A DNA stretch of 64,000 bases from Caldilineaceae bacterium (GTDB lineage Bacteria; Chloroflexota; Anaerolineae; Caldilineales; Caldilineaceae). Under the pieces are notes generated by a model. The model saw only the letters and a program-made list of their open reading frames with translations. It searched no databases and had not been told where the DNA came from. Of the stretch, positions 57,638-64,000 are shown piece by piece. Position 1 is the stretch's first letter; each line of letters begins with the position of its first letter. The translations under genes were made by a program, and so were the position numbers. The stretch spans positions 2,082,594-2,146,593 of the forward strand of contig OZ241379.1 of the NCBI GenBank assembly GCA_965200685.1. The letters run 5' to 3'.

Positions 57638-58900
57638 GTGGCCAGTGAAACTCCAAATACCGAACACCAACCCCTACAGGCTGCTGCAATTGCAGACTCT
57701 AGAGGTTACATCTCCGCCATCCAAGCTGCCGTGCAGAAGGAGAGGAATGCCATCATCCGTTTCCTGCGCGAGATCTGTGCTATCCCCTCAATGGATTCAC
57801 AGATCGGCCCTGTAGGTGAACGTGTGCAGGCGGAGATGGGCAAACTAGGCTTTGATAAGGTCTGGTTCGACGCCATGGGCAATACTGTCGGCAAGATTGG
57901 CAATGGGGAGCGGGTGCTCGTCTATGACAGCCATATTGATACCGTGGGCATCGGTGATCCGGACGAGTGGGAATGGGACCCATTCGAGGGCAAAATTGAG
58001 GATGGCGTTTTGTACGCGCGGGGTGCATGTGATGAAAAGGGCAGCACCCCTGGCATGATCTACGGCCTAGCCATCGCGAGGCGTCATGGCCTGTTGGAGG
58101 GCTGGACTGCATACTATTTCGGCAATATGGAGGAGTGGTGCGATGGCATCGCGCCGCATGCTTTTGTGGAGCATGAGGGCATCCGCCCGGACTTCGTGGT
58201 CATCGGCGAGCCAACAAAGATGCAGATCTACCGTGGCCATAAAGGCCGGGTAGAGATGAAGGCTATCGCCAAGGGGAAGAGTGCCCACGCGGCCAGTAAC
58301 CATCTCGGTGACAATGCTATCTATAAAGTCCTCCCTCTGCTTGAAGGCATCAGCCGCTTGGAGCCGGAATTGGGAGATCACCCGTTTTTGGGTCATGGAA
58401 AGATCACCGTCACTGATATCCATGTTGAGACCCCGAGCATCAATGCTGTGCCCAACGAATGTACTGTCTACATTGACCGGCGGATGACTTTCGGTGAGGA
58501 TATGAACATGGTGATCGAGCAGGTCCAACAGCTGATCCCACAGGCAAATCGTCAGGCCGGAGATGTAACCCTAGAGATGCTGTATTATGATGAGCCGAGT
58601 TACACTGGTTTCGTCTTTCCTGTTGAAAAGTATTTCCCCGCTTGGGCCCTGGATGAGAATGCGCCCCTTGTCCAGGCTGGGCAGATGGCTCGTAAGCTCA
58701 TCGGCCTGCCGGATGCGCCCTCCGGCAAATGGGATTTCAGCACGAACGGCATATATTGGCGAGGCAAAGCCGGTATCCCCAGCATCGGCTTTGCCCCCGG
58801 CGACGAAGTGACCGCCCACACCGTCTTGGACAGCGTCCCCTTGATGGATGTGGTCAAATCAACGGAGTTTTACGCGGTGCTGCCCACCTTGATAACGTAA
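57638..58900 (+). CDS. M20 family metallohydrolase (YgeY/ArgE/DapE-like deacylase)
   Basis: 420 aa. The M20 metal and catalytic motif contexts are SHIDTVG, ARGACDEKG and VIGEPT. The start is GTG. Confidence 0.75.
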   Translation: MASETPNTEHQPLQAAAIADSRGYISAIQAAVQKERNAIIRFLREICAIPSMDSQIGPVGERVQAEMGKLGFDKVWFDAMGNTVGKIGNGERVLVYDSHIDTVGIGDPDEWEWDPFEGKIEDGVLYARGACDEKGSTPGMIYGLAIARRHGLLEGWTAYYFGNMEEWCDGIAPHAFVEHEGIRPDFVVIGEPTKMQIYRGHKGRVEMKAIAKGKSAHAASNHLGDNAIYKVLPLLEGISRLEPELGDHPFLGHGKITVTDIHVETPSINAVPNECTVYIDRRMTFGEDMNMVIEQVQQLIPQANRQAGDVTLEMLYYDEPSYTGFVFPVEKYFPAWALDENAPLVQAGQMARKLIGLPDAPSGKWDFSTNGIYWRGKAGIPSIGFAPGDEVTAHTVLDSVPLMDVVKSTEFYAVLPTLIT

Positions 58901-59010
58901 ACCATGATCTGTTGATGAGGAGTAAGAGAGATTCTCTCCCTTTTATGGATTCGACGAAATCCGCAAGATCGGTGAAAATACTGGGTCTGTATCAATTGTG
59001 ATGAATTGAC

Positions 59011-59760
59011 ATGACGATTGCTGAAAACCTATGCATGGTCCGCGAGCGCATGGCCCAGGCCGCGCTACGAGCACAGCGTTCGCCGCATGAGATTACGCTC
59101 GTAGCGGTGAGCAAAACAAAGTCGCTTGCCATGATCGCAGAGACTGTAGCAGCAGGCCAGGTCGACTTCGGTGAAAACCGCTTAGAGGAGTTGTGGGAGA
59201 AGGTGGAGGCATCGGCAACACTGCCCGGGCTGGACACCATCCGCTGGCATGTTATCGGCACAATCCAGAGCCGCAAGACGAAACTGGCTGTGGGCCCGTT
59301 CGCTCTCATCCATTCGCTGGACAGGCTGAAGGTTGCCCAGCGTTTAAGCCGACATGCCAGCGAAATCGGGCGGGAGTTGGATGTGCTGCTGGAGGTAAAT
59401 GTTAGCGGCGAAGAGAGCAAACATGGCTTTTGGATCGAAGGCCCGGATTCACCTGCTGGGCATGCCAATGTGCTGCCCACTCTGCTGCCAGATCTTCTGG
59501 CTCTGCCGGCTCTACGTTACTGTGGGCTGATGACCATGGCCCCCTTAGTCGAAGATCCAGAAGAGGCCCGCCCGTATTTCCGCAAATTGAAGCGTTTTTT
59601 AGATGAACTGCGGCGCATCTACCCGACCGCTGCCTATCCCCAGGCCACTTGGCAGCATCTTTCTATGGGTATGACCAATGATTTTGAAATTGCCATTGAA
59701 GAGGGTGCCACAATTGTGCGGGTCGGCACAGCGATCTTCGGCCACAGGGAGTATAACTGA
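59011..59760 (+). CDS. yggS: YggS family pyridoxal-phosphate-binding homeostasis protein
   Basis: 249 aa. LVAVSKTK provides the PLP lysine. The layout is YggS-like with [10 protein letters not shown] and [27 protein letters not shown]. Confidence 0.9.
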   Translation: MTIAENLCMVRERMAQAALRAQRSPHEITLVAVSKTKSLAMIAETVAAGQVDFGENRLEELWEKVEASATLPGLDTIRWHVIGTIQSRKTKLAVGPFALIHSLDRLKVAQRLSRHASEIGRELDVLLEVNVSGEESKHGFWIEGPDSPAGHANVLPTLLPDLLALPALRYCGLMTMAPLVEDPEEARPYFRKLKRFLDELRRIYPTAAYPQATWQHLSMGMTNDFEIAIEEGATIVRVGTAIFGHREYN

Positions 59761-60590
59761 TGCAGTTGCAAGGCAAAATTACCTTTATCGGCGGCGGGGC
59801 TATGGGAGAGGCGATCATCGGCTCGCTGATCCGGGATGAGTTGGTAGACGCCTGCCAGATCTGTGTCTCCGAACCGGTCCCGGCCCGCCGGGCCCATCTG
59901 AGCCGCACCTACCATGTAACCACAGAGACCGACAATGCACGGGCTGCCTTGGACGCAGCTATCGTAATTCTAGCGGTGAAGCCCCAGGTACTCGGCCTCG
60001 TATTGGCGGACCTGAAAGGGAATCTGTCCCCCGAGACACTTGTCGTCAGTATTATGGCCGGTGTGCCTAGCAGCACCTTGGGCAATGGTCTGGACCACCG
60101 CAAAATCGTCCGTTCCATGCCCAATACCCCAGCACAAGTGGGCAAAGGCATGACCGTTTGGACAGCCACTGCTGCGGTAATGGACATGGACCGGGCCTCT
60201 GCTCAAGCGATCCTTGAAGCCATGGGCCAGGCAATCTACATTGACGAAGAACACTACCTAGACATGGCCACCGGCTTGAGCGGCTCCGGTCCCGGCTTCG
60301 TGTATCTGTTCCTAGAGGCCCTCATTGACGCCGGGGTACATATCGGCTTCAGTCGCGACCAGGCGCAACAAATGGTGTTACAGATCGTAGAGGGAAGTGT
60401 AGCGTTGATGCATCAGAGTGGTCTCCATTCAGCGGAATTACGCAATCGGGTGACCAGTCCGGCGGGGGCAACCTCCGCTGGTCTTCTCGTGTTGGAGCGC
60501 AGAGGCGTGCGTTCGGCCCTGATCGATGCGGTGGACACGGCCTACCGGCGCAGCAAAGAGTTGGGCGACAGCAGCGAGCAATCATTGTAG
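59760..60590 (+). CDS. proC: Pyrroline-5-carboxylate reductase
   Basis: 276 aa. Motifs are [28 protein letters not shown] and [10 protein letters not shown]. The ATG overlaps the yggS stop by 1 nt. Confidence 0.9.
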   Translation: MQLQGKITFIGGGAMGEAIIGSLIRDELVDACQICVSEPVPARRAHLSRTYHVTTETDNARAALDAAIVILAVKPQVLGLVLADLKGNLSPETLVVSIMAGVPSSTLGNGLDHRKIVRSMPNTPAQVGKGMTVWTATAAVMDMDRASAQAILEAMGQAIYIDEEHYLDMATGLSGSGPGFVYLFLEALIDAGVHIGFSRDQAQQMVLQIVEGSVALMHQSGLHSAELRNRVTSPAGATSAGLLVLERRGVRSALIDAVDTAYRRSKELGDSSEQSL

Positions 60591-60618
60591 TGTTCGCAAC
60601 GAAAAACCGGGTGTACTG

Positions 60619-60885
60619 GTGTTAGGAGTGGCTGTGATTTTTCTTCTTTTGGCCCGAGTGCTTCAGATTTATACCTTTGTTCTTTTGGTTCGTATCTTGA
60701 TTACATGGATTCCGAACCTAGATCCATACAATCCGATTGTGCAGATGCTCTTTCAGGTGACAGAACCGGTGTTGGAGCCAGCCCGGAAGTTGATCCCGCC
60801 GCTTGGAATGATCGACATTTCACCGATTGTCGTGTTTATTGTGCTGGGAATTTTGCAGGATCTGTTGATGCAACTCGCCTATTAA
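60619..60885 (+). CDS. yggT: YggT family membrane protein
   Basis: LLVRILITWIP......NPIVQMLFQVTEPVLEPARKLIPPLGMIDISPIV is the YggT signature. The start is moved to the GTG at 60619, after the proC stop. The track ORF 60526.. overlaps proC. Confidence 0.8.
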   Translation: MLGVAVIFLLLARVLQIYTFVLLVRILITWIPNLDPYNPIVQMLFQVTEPVLEPARKLIPPLGMIDISPIVVFIVLGILQDLLMQLAY

Positions 60886-60987
60886 GGCCTGGAGCAGATG
60901 TGCTTCTGCCTTCGGCTTTGGGAACATAACAGTATTGGACAATCTCTTCTTCTGCGGTCAGAATTTTACAGGCCAAAAGGAGGTATT

Positions 60988-61479
60988 GTGCTTCAAAATA
61001 GGAAGATCATTGTCATTCTGGTGCTTATCTCTGCGCTCATGCTGAGTGCCTGTGCTGTTGGGGGCTTCGGCGCTCCAGAAGATGTGGTGTTGCCAACGGA
61101 TACACCGCAGCCGCCACCGACTACAATACCGTCGCCAGAGCCAACAGCCGTTCCGACACTTGAGCTTATCGTCCCGGCCGATGAGATATTGCCACAAGGA
61201 GGTGTGCAGGTGGGTGATGGGGGAGGTCTGGAACGCCTGCTTGAACGGGCCAAAGAGGATATCGTACAAATGGCCCGCACGAGTACCGACCAGATCACTG
61301 TTGTAAGCACAGAGCAGGTGGAGTGGAGCAATGCCAGCTTGGGCTGCCCGCAGCCCGATATGATGTACGCACAGGTGATCACACCGGGGTATCGCATTAT
61401 TTTGGAGGCCAATGGTCAGGCCTACCAATATCACAGCGGCCTTGATGGCGAAGGGCCGCTGGTACAGTGCGATCCCTGA
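60988..61479 (+). CDS. Hypothetical lipoprotein
   Basis: The GTG at 60988 is preceded by AAGGAGG. The signal with lipobox is LISALMLSAC, followed by a PT-rich linker. No family is recognised. Confidence 0.55.
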   Translation: MLQNRKIIVILVLISALMLSACAVGGFGAPEDVVLPTDTPQPPPTTIPSPEPTAVPTLELIVPADEILPQGGVQVGDGGGLERLLERAKEDIVQMARTSTDQITVVSTEQVEWSNASLGCPQPDMMYAQVITPGYRIILEANGQAYQYHSGLDGEGPLVQCDP

Positions 61480-61599
61480 CAGAAGAAACCAACTGCTTTA
61501 CAGCGCTTCTCCTGTTTGCGATATCGCAAGAACGGGTAGACAGTCTGCTGTATAGACTATACAGTACTCTAGGTTAGCGTAGGTTCTGGGAAATCATTG

Positions 61600-61980
61600 A
61601 TGAGTGCCAACCAAACACGGGAACAGTTTGATGAATTGGTTCTCAAGGCAATTGAAGACCTGCCGGATCCATTTCTGGCCTATCTGCAAAATGTCGCAAT
61701 CCTCGTTGAAGATTGGCCTGATAGGGAGGCACTCCAAGCAGTAGGCATGGCTGTGCGCGCGAATCTGCTCGGCTTGTATCAGGGTATCCCGCAGACAGCT
61801 CGTACCCATGGCTATACTCTGGTTATGCCGGATCGGATCAGCATCTATCGACGCCCGATCCTTATGCGTTGCCGCACGGACCAGGAAGTCCGGGAACTGG
61901 TGCAACGGGTCGTCCGTCATGAAATTGCCCACCATTTCGGCATTGATGATGATCGCCTTATGGAAATCGGCGCGTACTAA
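61600..61980 (+). CDS. Small zinc metallopeptidase-like protein (zincin-like, HExxH)
   Basis: About 126 aa. The N-terminus is FDELVLKAIEDLPDPF and the HExxH motif is VVRHEIAHHFG. This pattern fits the small cytoplasmic zincin-like family. Confidence 0.7.
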   Translation: MSANQTREQFDELVLKAIEDLPDPFLAYLQNVAILVEDWPDREALQAVGMAVRANLLGLYQGIPQTARTHGYTLVMPDRISIYRRPILMRCRTDQEVRELVQRVVRHEIAHHFGIDDDRLMEIGAY

Positions 61981-62013
61981 CGTAACGACTATGCGACTCA
62001 GGAGAGATTTCCC

Positions 62014-62847
62014 GTGAAGATCTATCGTCTGCTATGTATTGTTCTGGCTGCATTTGCTGTTCTGGCCGCCTGTGGCCCTCGGGAGATCCCTGTCGCGCCG
62101 GAAGTGCCGCAACTGCCAGTGAATCCTGCCCTCCCTTTGCTTGATGATCTGTCGCAACTGCTGCAGGAATTTGATGTAGAGCTGTTGCGGGAGCTCGGAT
62201 TGCCGGACCTGAATGCTATTCCCAATCTGCCGCAGATTGGCGACCTGCCCGGCCTGGCTGTGGGCGAAGACGCGATCTCCTTTGCCGGGCCCATGGACAT
62301 ACGCATTGGGGTAGGCGAATTTATCCCTGGCACCGACATACAGTTGGCAGGGATTGTTGATGGCCGCGCTGAATTTCTGTTTAATGGCCTGCGGACAGAG
62401 CGGATTATGGGCGATTCTCTGGACTTTGATGGTGCTTGGCCGAACATCACGGGCGTCAACTATACTCTGCGCCTGCGGGTCTATCTGGTTGGGCAAGAGT
62501 ACGTGCGTTCAGCCGGTGTCCATCGCTTGGTGGTGGAAGGCATCCACCCTGTGCAGCAGGTGGTGGGGCTCACGGAGCAGGCCCTCAAAATCCCCTATAC
62601 TGGGTCGGCGAATGTAGGGGCTGTATTCAAAGGAATGACCTTCGGCTATGCTGGGCTCAATGAGCAGGGTGCTGAGATCAGCGGCATGTCTGCCGCTGAT
62701 TTCCCATTTCGCAAAATCGGGGATAGCCTGCGCTGGCAGGGTATGCTGCGGGCGGACCTGCCCAGCGAGTTCAACTTGCGTATTGTGCGCTACAGCGACA
62801 GTTCGCTGCAAGTGGTCGGGGTCGTCACCCTCCAGCTCCCTGTTTAG
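62014..62847 (+). CDS. Hypothetical lipoprotein
   Basis: 277 aa with a GTG start and GGAGAG upstream. The signal with lipobox is FAVLAAC. No family is recognised. Confidence 0.5.
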   Translation: MKIYRLLCIVLAAFAVLAACGPREIPVAPEVPQLPVNPALPLLDDLSQLLQEFDVELLRELGLPDLNAIPNLPQIGDLPGLAVGEDAISFAGPMDIRIGVGEFIPGTDIQLAGIVDGRAEFLFNGLRTERIMGDSLDFDGAWPNITGVNYTLRLRVYLVGQEYVRSAGVHRLVVEGIHPVQQVVGLTEQALKIPYTGSANVGAVFKGMTFGYAGLNEQGAEISGMSAADFPFRKIGDSLRWQGMLRADLPSEFNLRIVRYSDSSLQVVGVVTLQLPV

Positions 62848-62987
62848 CATGGAAATCTTGTCGTTGCATCCATGCAGACCAAAATTCTCGTAAGAACATT
62901 CGTGGTGAGCACAGGGCCGGAACCTAGAAGGTGTTCACGCCTGCGTCACTAAGGGCCACGGATTGAAGATGAGCTACGAATTTTTGT

Positions 62988-63806
62988 ATGGAGCACGGAA
63001 CGATGGATGAGGGTGTAAGCAATCTAGGAACACTCAGTAACATCCGCAGGTCCAGTTCATACACAGACCTTCAGGGAATTCGCGCAGACTATTACAATCT
63101 CACGGATGTGAAGGGCGCGCCCTTGGCGGGGATGCTTGTATTGATGGACCGAGGCGGGCGACCTGTGCGGGCTGAAGTTCATATGAACGACACTGACCCT
63201 GATAGCCTGTATGAGATAGCCTTACGCCAGGCCAATCACCTCATCACCGACCGCTATCGCAGCGACAGATCAATTCGTCTCTACCCCCTGCTGGTACGTC
63301 TGGACCACGACCCACTTGCACTTGAGCTTAAAGCACCTACCCAGGACACGAGGAGGGTTCCGCGATGGTTCTTTTCAATGGTAGGTGGTGTGCTCGTGCT
63401 CTTTTTGGCACTAGGCGGCGGATGGTTTCTGAATGAGTGGCTCACTGGCAATGCGGACAGCAATCCACTGCCGGCTCGTGTCCTCGTGGATTCATCCAAT
63501 AGCCAAATCAGCTTTGAGACAAACGGGCTGCCCCCAAGCCGCAACGCTATCCCCATGGAAGTGGGCAATCGGGTCCGATTTCTGTCGGGGTACAGTACCC
63601 CGATACGCACAGAACCCGGGGTCGGTGCAGGTGAGATCGCCGGCGACCTGCAAAATGTCGATTCTATGACACTCATCAATGGCCCTGTTTGGCTGCCAGG
63701 GAACAGTGATACAATCGTATGGTGGTATGTACAGCTTGATGACGGCACCGAAGGTTGGGTGCCAGCCAATACCAGCGAGCTGACATTGTTGGAGCCGGCT
63801 CCATAA
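62988..63806 (+). CDS. Hypothetical single-pass membrane protein with an SH3b-like C-terminus
   Basis: 272 aa. The TM helix is WFFSMVGGVLVLFLALGGGWFL. The C-terminus is IRTEPGVGAGEIAGDL...DTIVWWYVQLDDGTEGWVP. Confidence 0.5.
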   Translation: MEHGTMDEGVSNLGTLSNIRRSSSYTDLQGIRADYYNLTDVKGAPLAGMLVLMDRGGRPVRAEVHMNDTDPDSLYEIALRQANHLITDRYRSDRSIRLYPLLVRLDHDPLALELKAPTQDTRRVPRWFFSMVGGVLVLFLALGGGWFLNEWLTGNADSNPLPARVLVDSSNSQISFETNGLPPSRNAIPMEVGNRVRFLSGYSTPIRTEPGVGAGEIAGDLQNVDSMTLINGPVWLPGNSDTIVWWYVQLDDGTEGWVPANTSELTLLEPAP

Positions 63807-63841
63807 ACACTGTACGCTATCGCTTCTGGCTGTAGAGAAAA

Positions 63842-64000
63842 ATGAATCGCGAAAACAGTACCCCATGGAATGTGATCGTAGTGGTTGCTGATACAGTGCG
63901 CCCGAAGTTTCTGGGGTGTTATGGGAATGAGTGGATGCAGACACCATGCATCGACCAATTTGCCCAAGAGAGTACCCGCTTTACTCGTGCTCATCCGGAA
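63842..64000 (+). CDS. Sulfatase/alkaline-phosphatase superfamily protein. This is the 5' part; the gene runs off the window end.
   Basis: Manual translation from the ATG at 63842 gives MNRENSTPWNVIVVVADTVRPKFLGCYGNEWMQTPCIDQFAQESTRFTRAHPE. This resembles the sulfatase N-terminus (xxVxDxxRxDxLGCYG...TPNLDxLAxEG). Confidence 0.55.
   Translation, partial: MNRENSTPWNVIVVVADTVRPKFLGCYGNEWMQTPCIDQFAQESTRFTRAHPE

Noticed and set aside
61518-61564. Two short palindromes upstream of the metallopeptidase-like gene: TGCGATATCGCA at about 61517..61528 and CTGTATAG-A-CTATACAG at 61548..61564.
   Set aside because: They are short, could arise by chance in 64 kb, and have no supporting context such as a nearby regulator gene or a repeated occurrence. 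I noted them but did not call them operators.

Overview
This is 64 kb of a moderately GC-rich bacterial chromosome. The taxon cannot be fixed from sequence alone. Tat-lipoprotein solute-binding proteins, giant secreted repeat proteins and weak Shine-Dalgarno usage would fit a Chloroflexota-like heterotroph, but that is a guess. I support about 50 protein-coding genes. By eye I found no rRNA, tRNA, CRISPR array, transposase or integrase.

Housekeeping content: cysD-cysNC plus an FAD oxidoreductase; comEA; an acyl-CoA dehydrogenase; a B12-binding domain protein plus meaB; proB-proA; an aldehyde dehydrogenase; rimO; ccmH with a CcmG/TlpA-like protein; a DtxR-like regulator; two sugar ABC uptake loci without ATPase genes, accompanied by two Gfo/Idh/MocA oxidoreductases and an M20 hydrolase; and yggS-proC-yggT.

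Unusual content:
1. A co-directional minus-strand array at 3117..19371. It encodes a double-DsbA lipoprotein, a large von Willebrand A (vWA) domain ectodomain membrane protein and a tubulin/FtsZ-like GTPase. Next comes a membrane-anchored paralog of that GTPase whose GTP-binding signatures are degenerate. Ten nt downstream sit two tandem, mosaic paralogs of a Type IIG/ISP-like N6-adenine methyltransferase, and only the first carries a PD-(D/E)xK-like N-terminal module. I consider the vWA/tubulin-like/dead-paralog module the best candidate for an undescribed system.
2. Two paralogous secreted leucine-rich repeat (LRR) proteins with plant-type repeats. One is truncated at the window start; the other is 1634 aa with four capped LRR modules. 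Each is preceded by a conserved leader of about 200 nt and a 25-31 nt homopolymeric G tract that ends 4 nt before the start codon and abuts a candidate -10 box.
3. Several uncharacterised envelope proteins: a 12-TM protein built from six repeated modules, a large protein combining GH18-like, SH3b and clan GH-A-like glycosidase regions, and lipoproteins.

Many plus-strand ORFs in the supplied track that lie over the LRR genes are antisense artefacts.
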